This document shows, one piece after another, positions 1 to 13,115 of a stretch of DNA of 64,000 nucleotides. Source of the stretch: Gekko japonicus (lineage: Eukaryota). Under the pieces are notes generated by a model, which worked only from the letters and a program-made list of their open reading frames with translations, was not told the origin of the DNA and ran no database searches. Location of the stretch: NCBI RefSeq assembly GCF_001447785.1, contig NW_015167530.1:254474-318473 (forward strand). Direction: 5' to 3'. Each line of letters begins with the position of its first letter. Position 1 is the stretch's first letter. A program made the position numbers and the translations under genes.

Positions 1-255
1 TTTGAGTCTTCCCATTCCCTGCTGTATTCAACTTTTCGTAGCATTGTTGTCTTTTCCAGTGACTCTTCTCACAATATCACCAGAGTATGATAGCCTCAGT
101 TTAGTCATTTTAGCTTCTAGGGAGAGTTCAGGCCTGATTTGATCTAAAACTCACTTATTTGTCTTTTTGGCAGTCCATGGTACTGATAAAACTCTCCTCC
201 AACACAACATTTCAAATAAATGAACTTTCTCCCTGTCAGCTTTCTTCCTTGTCTG
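1..255 (-). mobile_element. Old RTE-clade LINE 3' fragment
   Basis: Degenerate paralogue of the adjacent BovB sequence (cttttccagtgac, cagtccatgg, ctcctccaacac...atttcaaa). Confidence 0.6.
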
Positions 256-261
256 TTGCTT

Positions 262-842
262 CTTTTTTGTTGTTCAGTCGCACAGTCGAGTCCGACTTTT
301 CGCGACCCCATGGACCAGATCACGCCAGGCCTTCCTGTCTTCCGCCATCCTCTGAAGTTTGCTCAATTTCATGTTCATTGCATCTATGACACTGTCTAAC
401 CATCTCATCCTTTGCCGTCCCCGTCTTCTTTGACCTTCAATCTTTCCCAGCATCAGAGTCTTCTCCAGTGAGTGCTCCCTTCTCATTTGGTGGCCAAAGT
501 ATTTGAGCTTCAGTTTCATTATCTGGCCTTCCAGAGAACAGTCAGGGTTGATTTCTTTTAGGATTGACTGATTTGATCTCCTTGCAGTCCAGGGGACTCT
601 CAAGAGTCTTCTCCAGCACCATAGTTCAAAAGAATCTATTCTTCGGCGCTCGGCCTTCCTTATAGTCCAACTCTCGCAGCCATACTTGACTACTGGGAAT
701 ACCATTGCTTTGACCATGCGGACTTTTGTTGGCAGGGTGATGTCTCTACTTTTTATCATGCTGTTTAGGTTCACCATCGCTTTCCTCCCAAGGAGCAGGC
801 ATCTTTTAATTTCATGGCTGCAGTCACAGTCTGTGGTGATCT
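262..842 (-). mobile_element. BovB (RTE) LINE, 5'-truncated
   Basis: ORF 274-882 has HEIKRCLLLGRKAM...CESWTIRKAERRRIDSFELWCWRRLLRVPWTARRSN...GRQRMRWLD; (CAA)n tail. Confidence 0.93.
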
Positions 843-2134
843 TACCTAGCTTATATTGACACAGTAGCCAAGTGCCATGCAATGTTACGCCAAGAATTAC
901 AAAAACAGTATACTCAACAATGTACCACTCCTTCCATTTACCTTAGGGTCATCAGTTAGTAGCAATAATGTCACCTTTCCTCCAAGGAGCTCAGACCATT
1001 TTATCCCCACAACAACCAGGTGGGATAGGTTAGGTTGAGAGATCATGGCATAAGGAAACCCAATAAACGTCACTGGCTTCCTGGTTTAGTTTTGTTCCTC
1101 GCTAACATGAATTGCTGTTTACAATGTCTTGAGGATAAGAATCTTCACTTATAATCATATTTTTGTCAATTGTAGGTTCAGTAATGTAAACATAGAAGAC
1201 ACAGCCATATGACCAGAATGACAATCAGAACAAAATTCACAAATCCATGGGTACATCACATAAAGACCCTCCACCAAAAACTTTAACATTACCATACTTT
1301 ATAATGATCTACAGAACATTCACAGATTAAATCCTGAATAGTTTCTTGTCATCAGTAAGGATTACATCTGAATAAATAGAACAACATGGGGACATACAAA
1401 ACACAGAAAGAAGGACTTTCCAGATGTTCTAATGTTAATAATTGCATAGTTACTTATAATTTCTGGACAGCTAGACTGTTCACTTTAAAGTGGTGCTTCT
1501 GCAGCAACACCCCAGATCAGGATATTGTTGCTGTCAAATTGCAAGCCTTCCTCACACCAACATTGATATAAAATGTGACCACCAGAACTGAATGGCATGT
1601 GACTGTACAAGCACCTGTTAGGGCAAGTTTATACACCACAGTAGGATCAAAAGAAAATGCTTTTCCTGGACTGTACCATAAGGCTGCACGAGGAGAATAG
1701 GTTTGAGTGCTCCTCCGTCTAAAACTAGCATGTTAGCAAGAAAGCTGTTTTTCTATGTGCAAGAAGCTTTTGTATGTATGTACTGGAGGGGAGGGTCATC
1801 ATTCAAACAAGCAATTCTTCACCTGTAACTCCAAGTGGTATAATCCAGGAAAGGCTTTGCCACTGGATTAAGAGCATCCCTACTGCAACAGACTAAAGGT
1901 CTGTTGAAGATTTTAAGTTTAAATCATTGTTTAGGATGTTTTGACACAGCAGACCTGAGAATTTGCTTTTAGGTTCTTGTAGAATCTGGAATCTACACAT
2001 TTTTCACTGTTCTAGCTAACTTACTTTTTAACCTTGAGAAGGATAATTTATGAATCAATGGCTTTATACCCAAAATAAACCCCCAGAATAAATGGAACAG
2101 AGTTTGCAACAATTGTTCTTTCAGATGCTGAGAT

Positions 2135-2665
2135 AGGGTTCCCAACCTCCAGGTGGGGACTGGAACAACAACTGACCTCCTGACTACAGACATCAGTTTC
2201 CCTGAAGCAAATGGCAACTTCAGACAGTGGACTTTATGGCATCACATTCCTGCTGAGCTCCTTCCTCTCCCCAAAGTACACCCTCCTCAGGCTCTGCCCC
2301 TAAATCTCCAGGAATTAGAACATAGGAACATAAGAGAAGCCAATGCTGGATAAGGCCAATGGCCCATCCAGTCCAACACTCTGTCACACAGTGGCCAAAA
2401 ATACCAGGTGCCATCAGGAGGTTTATCGGTGGAGCCAGGACACTAGAAGCCCTTCCGCTGTTGCCCCTCCCAAGCACCAAGAATATAAGCATCACTTGCC
2501 CCAGACTGAGAATTCCTATCTAAACCTTGTGGCTAATAGCCACTGATGGACCTCTGCTCCCTATGTTTATCCAGTTCCCTCTTGAAGCTGTCCATGCTTG
2601 TAGCCGCTGCCACCTCCTGTGGCAGTGAATTCCATGTATATTCCCAACCCACAGTTGGCAAGCCT
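2135..2665 (+). mobile_element. Non-autonomous DNA transposon (AGGGTTGCCA-type ends) split by a CR1
   Basis: Ends agggttccca...ttggcaagcct; related copies at about 9705-9892 and 10175-10351 share gatcagtt(t)cccTggagaaaatggc. Confidence 0.65.
2318..2637 (-). mobile_element. CR1 LINE 3' end
   Basis: Reverse complement of the CR1 3' UTR at 12800-13110; (TTCTTATG)n-type tail. Confidence 0.85.
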
Positions 2666-3019
2666 AATTTGAGAAATGTCTAACATTAAATTGTTTAATA
2701 AAGCCATATGGGGTTCATGGAATTATATCTACACAAGATAGCCACACCCTAACCTCCCCAAATCACTCAAATCTGGATTGCAGTGAGCATAGATTCTCCA
2801 GTATCTCCAGTTCCAGTGCCAAAAGAGTGCCTGTATGTGTATGAGCATCTAGGCAAAAATGTCTTGTTTTTGGACAGATCTTCAGGGCTGTGATTAGATA
2901 ACGGACAACAGAGAGGGTGATATCCTTATCTTTACCAGACAATTTATCTTCTGATTTCATTCTTGGAGTAGCCATTTGCTTGAAGTGAGTGGTTTAGATG
3001 AGGTGAGTGGTTTAGATAA

Positions 3020-3890
3020 ACTAAAAGTAAAACAAACAACTGAGGAAAAGCAGTCTCCCACAGGAAAAGTGTTTTTGCCATATATCAAAGGAATCACTGA
3101 TCAGATGGGAAAACTTATGAAAAAACACAACCTACAAACAGTATTCAGACCTACCAGAAAAATACAACAGATGCTACAATCAGCAAAAGACAGAAGAGAC
3201 TCCCTCACTTCTGCAGGAGTATACCGCATACCATGCAATTGTGGACAGGTTTACATTGGGACCACACAGCGTAGCATTCAGACAAGAATAAAAGAACATG
3301 AAAGACATTGCAGACTGGGCCAACTTGAGAAATCAGCCTTGGCTGAACATAGCCTAACTCAAATAAGACACAGTATCTTATTCCAAGACACTGTAGGCTG
3401 GACAGCACATCCAGTTACCATGTCAGATTACACAGGGAAGCCACTGAAATTCATAAACATAAACACAATTTCAACAGGAAAGAAGAGAGTTTAAAAATAA
3501 ATAGGGCATGGTTTCCTGTCCTGAAAAACACAAAATACTCTACATCTTACAATAGCACTACAGATAAGATTAGAATTTCAACAGCCAATCCATATGCAAA
3601 AGAACCTTCTCAGGAAAGCTTCTCCATTAGCATGTCATAGCCTGGGGAACTCCTACAAGATAATGACTCAGCCCTAACCCACCTTCCTGAGTAGATATAA
3701 ATTACCTGCCTGCCATTTTTCTTCTCAACTTGACACAGAGAGTACTCCATCTTTCTGTGTTATACCTCTGAGGGTGCCAGTCACAGCTGCTGGCAAAACA
3801 TCAAGTCCTACAATGCCAGGACCACGGCCATACAGCCTGGAAAATCTACAACAACTAATGAACTCCGGCCGTGAAAGCCTTCGACAACAT
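3020..3890 (+). mobile_element. Penelope-like element (Poseidon-type), GIY-YIG endonuclease plus pLTR
   Basis: FLPYIKG...GVYRIPCNCGQVYIGTT.RSIQTRIKEH...SALAEH; ends ccggccgtgaaagccttcgacaa. Confidence 0.9.
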
Positions 3891-4236
3891 ATCAAGGTGG
3901 TCCCTTTGTTCTAGGCTAGTGATTATCCTGTTCAAAACTAATGGAAGATCTTAAGGAAAACTAGGGTAAGAGATATGCAGATATGAGAGTCTTTCATCTA
4001 CGAACTTTGTCCAGGAGGACACAAAAAGATTAAGTCCAATACATTTTAGAAGGTCAGGAAGAAAATCCAGGTCTAGCAAACAGTATCTAAATTTCACCAT
4101 GGCCTTCCATACCATCAAAGAGATGGAAGTCAGACCATCTTCTGAATACAAGTTTGAAATGCAATTAGCCACTTGAAAGATGGCATGCAGAAATTTTGAC
4201 TGTTAAGATTCAATTTTGGAAGTAAAAGCTGGAAAC

Positions 4237-6885
4237 CAGAGTGAAGCCCTGTAGAGCAGAAAAGATCTAATTTTTGCTTTGTAGACTTCCAGAGGAAAAG
4301 ATACAAATGGCCCTCTGGAATGATTAAAAAGAACCCACAGTTGCTGTTAGATGTACTTTGGTGGACTCGAAAAGACAAGAATAATGAAATTGTAGTTATT
4401 AGATGAAGCAAAGTGAAGGCCTAAATACTTGAAATTAGACACTTGCGCAATCAAATGACCATCCAAGATCCATGAGTCTGCCTTTTTCCATTATGGGTAT
4501 TTCTGAAAACACATTATTTTGAATTTGGTGTAGTTAATGGGAACCAGATTTTCATGACAATAAGAAACAAACGCTTGGAGAAGACATCTTAATCCTACCC
4601 TCAAACAAGAAAGAAGAGCTGCATCATCTGTATAAAGTAAAAGTAGAATAGGATGTGCAGCCAGACTAGGAGCATTAAATTGATTAGCTTGTAATTTATT
4701 TGGGAGGTCATATAAATACAGATTAAATAAATCTGGTGCTAAAGTACAACCCTGTCTAACACCTTTAGTGACAGGGACTGGGTTTGAGAGGCAATCAGTT
4801 GTTGGACATCTTATTCTTATGGTAGCTGAAGTATGCAAAGAGACATTCAGATGTCATAATAGTTCAGGAATTTCCAACTGGTCTGATTTGATCCAAAGCC
4901 TTGTGCGTGAGATGTTGTTGAAGGCTACACTGAGGTCTATAAAAGCTGTAAACAAATTCTCCTTAGGATATGATGTACCAGAGTGAAGCCCTGTAGAGCA
5001 GAAAAGATCTAATTTTTGCTTTGTAGACTTCCAGAGGAAAAGATACAAATGGCCCTCTGGAATGATTAAAAAGAACCCACAGTTGCTGTTAGATGTACTT
5101 TGGTGGACTCGAAAAGACAAGAATAATGAAGATCTAGTTATTAGATGAAGCAAAGTGAAGGCCTAAATACTTGAAATTAGACACTTGCGCAATCAAATGA
5201 CCATCCAAGATCCATGAGTCTGCCTTTTTCCATTATGGGTATTTCTGAAAACACATTATTTTGAATTTGGTGTAGTTAATGGGAACCAGATTTTCATGAC
5301 AATAAGAAACAAACGCTTGGAGAAGACATCTTAATCCCACCCTCAAACAAGAAAGAAGAGCTGCATCATCTGTATAAAGTAAAAGTAGAATAGGATGTGC
5401 AGCCAGACTAGGAGCATTAAATTGATTAGCTTGTAATTTATTTGGGAGGTCATATAAATACAGATTAAATAAATCTGGTGCTAAAGTACAACCCTGTCTA
5501 ACACCTTTAGTGACAGGGACTGGGTTTGAGAGGCAATCAGTTGTTGGACATCTTATTCTTATGGTAGCTGAAGTATGCAAAGAGACATTCAGATGTCATA
5601 ATAGTTCAGGAATTTCCAACTGGTCTGATTTGATCCAAAGCCTTGTGCGTGAGATGTTGTTGAAGGCTACACTGAGGTCTATAAAAGCTGTAAACAAATT
5701 CTCCTTAGGATATGATGTATATAGATTAGCTAGAAAGGAGAGCACATGCGTATGATATAATGTCAATGAACCCTTTTTAAAACCTATTTGTTCAGGGCCT
5801 GGAATTGGTAAACTGTAGGATCAGTTCCAGAGCTTTAGTTGTAGGTGGGCAGCAAACAGCTTTCCTGGTATGGACAACAGGCTAATTGGTCTGTAACTGG
5901 CTGGGGAATGCTGTGAGCCTTTCTTATATACAGGAACAACAATAGCGTCTCACCATTGGCTGGAGAGTGCTGTGAGCCTTTGTTATGAAAAAACAATAGC
6001 TTCTCACCATTTGTCAGGGACTTGGCCAGTTGAATCCGCAATCAAATGACCATCCAAGATCCATGAGTCTGCCTTTTTCCATTATGGGTATTTCTGAAAA
6101 CACATTATTTTGAATTTGGTGTAGTTAATGGGAACCAGATTTTCATGACAATAAGAAACAAACGCTTGGAGAAGACATCTTAATCCTACCCTCAAACAAG
6201 AAAGAAGAGCTGCATCATCTGTATAAAGTAAAAGTAGAATAGGATGTGCAGCCAGACTAGGAGCATGAAATTGATTAGCTTGTAATTTATTTGGGAGGTC
6301 ATATAAATACAGATTAAATAAATCTGGTGCTAAAGTACAACCCTGTCTAACACCTTTAGTGACAGGGACTGGGTTTGAGAGGCAATCAGTTGTTGGACAT
6401 CTTATTCTTATGGTAGCTGAAGTATACAAAGAGACATTCAGATGTAATAATAGTTCAGAAATTCCCAACTGGTCTGATTTGATCCAAAGCCTTGTGTGTG
6501 AGATGTTGTTGAAGGCTACACCGAGGTCAATAAAAGTTGTAAACAAATTCTTCTTAGGATATGATGTATATAGATTAGCTAGAAAGGAGAGCACATGCGT
6601 ATGATATAATGTCAATGAACCCTTTTTAAAACCTATTTGTTCAGGGCCTGGAATTGGTAAACTGTAGGATCAGTTCCAGAGCTTTAGTTGTAGGTGGGCA
6701 GCAAACAGCTTTCCTGGTATGGACAACAGGCTAATTGGTCTGTAACTGGCTGGGGAATGCTGTGAGCCTTTCTTATATACAGGAACAACAATAGCGTCTC
6801 ACCATTGGCTGGAGAGTGCTGTGAGCCTTTGTTATGAAAAAACAATACCTTCTCACCATTTGTCAGGGACTTGGCCAGTTGAATC
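4237..6885. repeat. Overlapping tandem duplications (742-bp and 849-bp periods); RT core present three times
   Basis: 4237-4977 matches 4979-5718; 5189-6036 matches 6038-6885; ORFs 4491/5233 are identical and 6082 is near-identical. Confidence 0.95.
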
Positions 6886-7650
6886 AATCAGGATGAATAA
6901 GCGTTGTAAAATCAGGATGAATAAGCGTTGTAAAACGCTGTTTTTTTCTTTGGTTTCTTAGTTGCACAAAAGGTATCTAAAAGATGTAAGTAGTTCATGA
7001 GACTGAATGACCTTCTCTGGAGGGCCCTTTATAATTGTTTCTCTTAAGTCTCCTAAAATTGGGGACTGCAAAACTACGTTGATCTGCTGTGCCACTCTTG
7101 GGGACCATTTCCTGGCTATATAGGGAGTAATATTAGAACTCAGATTGTTGTTTCTCACATGGTTGCTCCCAGAGGATGGATTTGGATTCCTTATCAATTC
7201 TAGGAGCAAAGGGGCATGATTGCTATCACAGAGGTAGCCAGGAGAAAATGTAGAAATCAAATCTGTAATATTAGAGGAAACCAAAATATAATCAGTACTG
7301 CTACAACCTCCATCTGAGCTGTAGGTGAAATCTCCTTTGCTATTGAAATTTTGGTTCCAATTAATGATTGTTAGTCCAAACTGGACAGCAAAGTTTATCA
7401 AACATTAGCCACCATAATTACATCTTTGGCTTTCCTTTAACCAAGTATTACAGTACTTATTGAGGAATCCCATCTCCAAAAAGGAGATCTTGTTAAATAT
7501 TCTGTGGAGTTGCCAAGGCGGACATTCAAATCTCCACAGACAATCCAGGGAGTATCTGGGTAAATGGATTATTGGTAAACACATCTTGGTCAGTTTCTGC
7601 CACTGTGCTCCAGTTTCTAGTTTAGAGGGCTGGGGACGTAAATAGACATT

Positions 7651-7797
7651 GGCTGCAGTTACACACACTAAATAATCCACTTTCAATTCACATTCAGTGC
7701 ACTTTCCAACTGGAACTGTGTGAACTGGCAAAATCCAGATGGAAAGTGTGTTGAAAATGAATTGAAAGTGGATTATTTAGTGTGTGTGACTGCAGTC
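7651..7797. mobile_element. Palindromic MITE with 3-bp ATT/AAT target-site duplication
   Basis: About 37-bp near-perfect TIRs (ggctgcagttacacacactaaataatccactttcaat); ATT on both sides; removal restores the host LINE frame IIVNVYLRP. Confidence 0.85.
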
Positions 7798-9116
7798 ATT
7801 TACAATTATTAATTTTAATGAATTTACTGAAATAAAACTTGGTTGAGGCACTGTAGCATTTGCGAACACTGGGCTAACCATCAGCTGAGTGTTTTCAATG
7901 AACAGAATAGATAGTCCCCTCCTAGGCCTACCCTTAGAATCTGGTGCCTATTGATAAGAGTAACAGTTTAACAGGATATCAGGACCCAGGTTTCTTGAAC
8001 TAAAATAATATCAAAACTATTCAGTAAAGACTATACCAAAGAATCAGATTGTCTCCCAGCCCATCCAGCTATATTCCAGGAAAGTAGACAAAGACTGTGT
8101 CTCAATCCTGAGTTTCTAAGAAACTGAGAACATTAGTAGATCTAGAAATGAGAGAAGGCTCATCTTGAATGCCATTTGTTGGAACAGATAGCAGGAGTAT
8201 TTTGAATTGTGAAATCCACTAGGGGAAGACTGGTCGAATTCATGGAGCCTATTGGATTCAGACTCTCTAAGTCAATCAGCTGAGCTTGCCTTTGCAAGGT
8301 CTTATTGCTGGGAATAGATACCTGATTATTTGGAGAGTGAATCTGGGCTAACAAATGATCATATTCAATTCAAGAGAGGTTCCTAACTGACCCAAGGATC
8401 TCTTCATCAAAAGAATAATTTCCTAGAGGGCCTGAGGAATGTACTCTGGGAATTAAATTAACCAATGTTTTTGATTTATGGTTTACCATTTTCCTTACAT
8501 GAAAAAATTAGGATATTTAGAAAAGGGGGTTACCCAACTAACTAATGGGTTAACATTTAAGTCCTCAAACACCCTCTGTATAAAAATATTATGTAGTTTA
8601 AAATTCCTGCTTTTTGTCCATATCATGGAGGTAATTTTCTTTGAATAAAAAGTTAACAACACCTTGGTGTGAGTATGGGTTTCTCTTCAGTGGGCATATA
8701 TTATCTTTTGGTGAGAATATTTAATCTTTTCTTAAAAGGCTTCATAAGAGTTTTAGAAATCATATTGTATCTTTAAATGTAGGCTAAATGGATGAACGAA
8801 TGACGTGATTTTTTATTTATAATCTCATTTACATATGCTATTGTTTTCTGTATAATTGTGGTTCTTGCTCATTTACTCTGTTCAAGAATAACTAGAGTGA
8901 TTTTAAATAATGCTCTTAAAAGACAACATTGAGTATCATTGGCTGGGATATATGGTTTTCAGCAACACCTGGAATAAATAAACTTCTGACCTCTCTTCAG
9001 TCAGAAGACTGGTACATATCTTCTGAAGAGACTGATCATTCTTCACACAGCCTTGCAGTTTAGTGATTAATGAGCTGGAGGTCAAAGAGGCTTTTGGTTT
9101 CCCTCTGCCTGCTTTA

Positions 9117-9191
9117 AGTAATACCCTCTATGGGTGGGAGTAACTCTGCAACAGTAATACCCTCCATGGGTGGGAGTAACTCTGCAACAGT
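9117..9191. repeat. 36-bp tandem duplication
   Basis: agtaataccctc(t/c)atgggtgggagtaactctgcaac x2. Confidence 0.9.
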
Positions 9192-10387
9192 TCCATCCAA
9201 TCCACCATCCTTCCAACAGCAACCATGCAGATTCTCCAGGGCGATTCCCAGCAGGACCTGAAAACAAGAGCCTTCCTCTAGTATTCTGAGATATATTGCC
9301 ATATTTAACCATCATAGCTAATAACCATTAAACATGAATAAATATCTACAATTAATTTATTAAACTGTTTACAAAAGGCCTCTAAGCTAGCGGGAATCAT
9401 TATATCCTATAGCAATTTAATGTAATACAGAGGGTTTAAAAAAAAAAATCAAACCTATTGCCAAATCATCTTTATTGAGAGATCCTTTGATTTTATGACA
9501 AATGAAATAAAAATTATCTATCCACCAACCATACAACACATAGTTTTATAAATCTCTGTCATGTCCTACTTCTTACTTATAATTGAGCTAGTCTTCGTAA
9601 GGAAGGCACTCTAGCCCCCTAATGTACTAATGTATTTTCATTCCACCCTTCCTCTGAGGGGCTGAGGGTGGCATATCTGGTTCTCTGCTCCTTCATTTGA
9701 TCCACATTTCCAACCTTCAGATAGGGCCTGGAGTTCTTCCAGAATTATGACTAGTGCCAGACTATAAAGATCAGTTTCCCTGGAGAAAATGGCCACTTTA
9801 GAGCATGGACTCTATGGCAACACAGTAGCTTGCCTCCCCAAACTCCACCCTCAAATCTCCAGGAATATTTTGGCCCATAATTGGCAATCCTAAATTTTAT
9901 GTCAACTGAAGATATGAAACTATCCTAGTCCAATATTGTACCACTGCACAGTATTCACAGCATTGGTGGTCATTGTAGTTGTTTGTTTCAGTAGCTTTCC
10001 AGTTTCTATGCCACTTTTCTGCCCAAAGGAAGCCCCATAATGGCTTCGAGAAATATCCAAAACAATTTAAATAAACAAGGCAAACAAAAACCAAACACAT
10101 CCTGAGGGGTGGGGTCTTCATTTACTGGACCAGCTGTTTTAGGCCCCAGGATGTGGACTATGTGCTAAGCACCTTGTCTCCAGACTACAGAGATCAGTTC
10201 TCCTGGAGAAAATGGCTGCTTTGGTGGGTGAACTCTATGGCATTATATACCCCACTGAGGTCCCTCCCTGTGGCATTATACTCCTCTTGCCCTCCCCAAA
10301 CTCCATCCCCGAAATCTCCAGGAATTTCCTAGCCCAGAGTTGGCAATCCTACCTGCTTCCAGTGTAAATCCTTGGGTACCACCACTG

Positions 10388-10578
10388 CTGGTAAAGAGCA
10401 GCAGATACTAATCTGGAGAAACAGGCAGCTGGGTGACCTTGGGTCAGTCACAGTTCTCTCAGAGCTCTCTCAGCCCCACCTACCTCACAGGTAGGGGAGA
10501 GGAAGGGAAGGAGACTGTAAGCCACTCTGAGACTCCAAGTGAAGGGCAGGGTATCAATCTGACTTCTTCTTCTTCCTT
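10388..10578 (+). mobile_element. Squam3-type tRNA SINE (degenerate)
   Basis: agagctctctcagccccacctacctcacagg core and (CTT)n tail. Confidence 0.7.
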
Positions 10579-10689
10579 CCCTCCACTTAGAAAAGTGTCC
10601 TCTGATTCCTACCTACTGGTAGAATATGATCTTAGTAACTAGCAACAATGAGCAACCTTGCTGCTGTATTTTGAATCTGTGAACGCACT

Positions 10690-11198
10690 TGGCCCTCTTA
10701 AACTTGTCATTTGTCAACCATCCTCTTTGGAAACTTGTGTGAACTGCTCACTCTCATAATTTCACTGTGGTGGCCTCTGTGCTATGGAACAGTCTTCCTG
10801 AGAACATCAAGGAAGGCATAAACCCTCACATTCTACAGGAGCCTGCAAGGGAGTGAGTTGATCAGGAGACTATATTGGTCTTGGCTTCTGATCAGTGGAT
10901 CTCAGTGTGTGTTTTACATGATGAAAGACTTCTGTCCTTTTTTTAAGATGAAAGATTTTTTTTTGTTTCTTTGCATTCCCTCAGTGATCCCTCCTTCCTG
11001 CCCAATGTTTTAATTGCTGTTTTTATGTCTATATGTATTTTAGCTCCATTTTAATTGTTTTAATGATGCATTTATGTGGGGTTTGGTTTAAATGTTTTTA
11101 ATGTGATTTTATTATGTATGTTTTAATTTGTTGGCTGCCTTGGTGGCCCTTGTAAGGGCAGTAAGGCAGGATATACATTTTGTAAATAATAAATAAAA
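10690..11198 (+). mobile_element. L2 LINE 3' end (old)
   Basis: ctatggaacagtcttcctgag (LWNSLPE) then T-rich UTR, gctgccttg...aggcaggatata and (TAAA)n tail. Confidence 0.6.
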
Positions 11199-12561
11199 GC
11201 AAACAACTGCAGATATCCACTTGCTAGTTTGTCCAACTGCCCATTAGGGAATGGAAGAAGCAGATGTGGGTGTGCATGTGTGAACAGAAACTACAACATG
11301 GATTCTGGAAGAGACAGAGGGAGGAACAGACAGACGCTGCTGTGAATGGACTGAAGCATCTTGGTGCAAGATCTCTCTCTCTGAATCAGCTGTGGAGCAG
11401 TGGATCTGCTGCCCTGCAGGACGCTAATGCTGCAAGTGGAAGCCTATAGACCCTTACTTCTTTGATATCTTTTTATATATTGTTTTTGCGCTTCTTGCTA
11501 CAATACCTTTTAGCTAATTGATTGGCTCTGTATGCTGATGATCAGCTTGCATTATACCTGCAGTTGTAAAGCATAGAACATTCAGCATTACACTAATGGG
11601 ATGAACTATCTTGAACTAGATCTCTCTCAGATTTCACCACAAGTCAGTTTAGGAACAGACCCTATATCAAGGCCCTGAGCCCGTCCCCACAATGCCTCAC
11701 ACTGCTGCCATTTTATGAACTTTATCTCCATTTCACTTTGTTTATGTCCTTCAGCTCAATTTCAAATCAAGCATCGCTCTCTCTTCTTTTAAAGGTCACA
11801 CACAAAGGCTAGTATAAGCAAATACTCTTTGCCAGTTGGGTTTGAGTCCTCGGCCCCATAATTTGAAATCTAATAAAATGTCTTTTATCTTGCCCTAAAC
11901 AGATTGTTGAAGAGCAATTTTTTTAAAAATGAAGCCATCTTCTTCCATTGCCAACTGCAGCTGGCCTGCTGGAGAGAATGCCACAGGGATGCTTTGGAAC
12001 TGACCTTCCCATTACCTACCACTTCATCACTGGTGCGGTTGTGGGAAAACACCACTGTTTGATCTGAAAATTGAACACAGTCCAGTCCTTTTAACTAAGA
12101 TTAAGTCATTATTCACAAACCACAGAGACTGCCATCTTCTGCTGAAGGCCCTTGGCCAATGCACATGCTTTTCATCAGAGCTTTGCCTTGTCATTCTTTC
12201 CTCCCCCCTTCCCTCTCATAGCAGTTCATTTCTTACAAGCTCAAGCCGGAATCTATTGCCCAGCCCAGGGAATTCCAGCATCCCTCATTCTTCAATGGAA
12301 AACAGAATCCCAGCATTTGCTATGGTAAAAATCACGAGGCACACCTGCCACTTACTCTCACACAGCAAGGTCATGAAGTGCAGCCGTATATGACTAATTT
12401 TAAATATATGCTACTATCATTCACATTTCTCAGGAGCTCCCATTCAATTGCTGCTTGTTTTCATGGCCGCTGTATATTTTCTGGTATTATAGCAATATTT
12501 GTTTTGGCCTCCCAGACCCTTTCAATGGCAGGTAAGAAGGGGAAAGGCCAATTTGCCCAGT

Positions 12562-13115
12562 GGCAGTTATGAGGAAAGGTTAAAGCGCTTAGGGCTCTTT
12601 AGCTTGGAGAAAAGACGACTGAGAGGTGACATGATCAAGGTTTATAAGATTATGCATGGGAAAGAGCAGGTAGAGAAAGAGGTACTTTTCTCCCTTTCTC
12701 ACAATACAAGAACTCGTGGGCACTCCATGAAACTGCTGAGCGGTCGGGTTAGAATGGATAAAAGGAAGTACTTCTTCACCCAAAGAGTGATTAACACATG
12801 GAATTCACTGCCACAGGAAGTGGTGGCGGCTACAAGCATGGACAGCTTCAAAAGGGAATTAGATAAGCATATGGAGCAGAGGTCCATCAGTGGCTATTAG
12901 CCACAAGGTATAGCTAGGGACTCTGGGGCAAGTGATGCTCTGTCTTCTTGGTGCTGGGGGGGGGTCAACAGTGGGAGGGCTTCTAATGTCCTGGCCCCAC
13001 TGGTGGACCTCCTGATGGCACTGGTATTTCTGGCCACTGTGTGACACAGAGTGTTGGACGGGATGGGCCTTTGGCCTGATCCAACCTTGGCGTCTCTTAT
13101 GTTCTTATATTCTTA
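12562..13115 (+). mobile_element. CR1 LINE 3' end
   Basis: YEERLKRLGLFSLEKRRLRGDMIKVYKIM...FFTQRVINTWNSLP; (TTCTTATG)n tail. Confidence 0.93.

Larger units (their letters stand above)
3900..9070 (-). mobile_element. Degraded APE-RT non-LTR retrotransposon (RTE-X-like) with internal tandem duplications
   Basis: APE motifs IIVNVY, GDFTY..S.TDYILVS, SNHAPL; RT motifs AFIDL.AF, GVRQGCTLAP.LFNLY, LLY(T)DD; many stops; clade and outer limits uncertain. Confidence 0.75.

Noticed and set aside
11458-11557. Minus-strand exon candidate (ctgcag...gtaagg)
   Set aside because: Stops in all three frames, weak pyrimidine tract, and no other support
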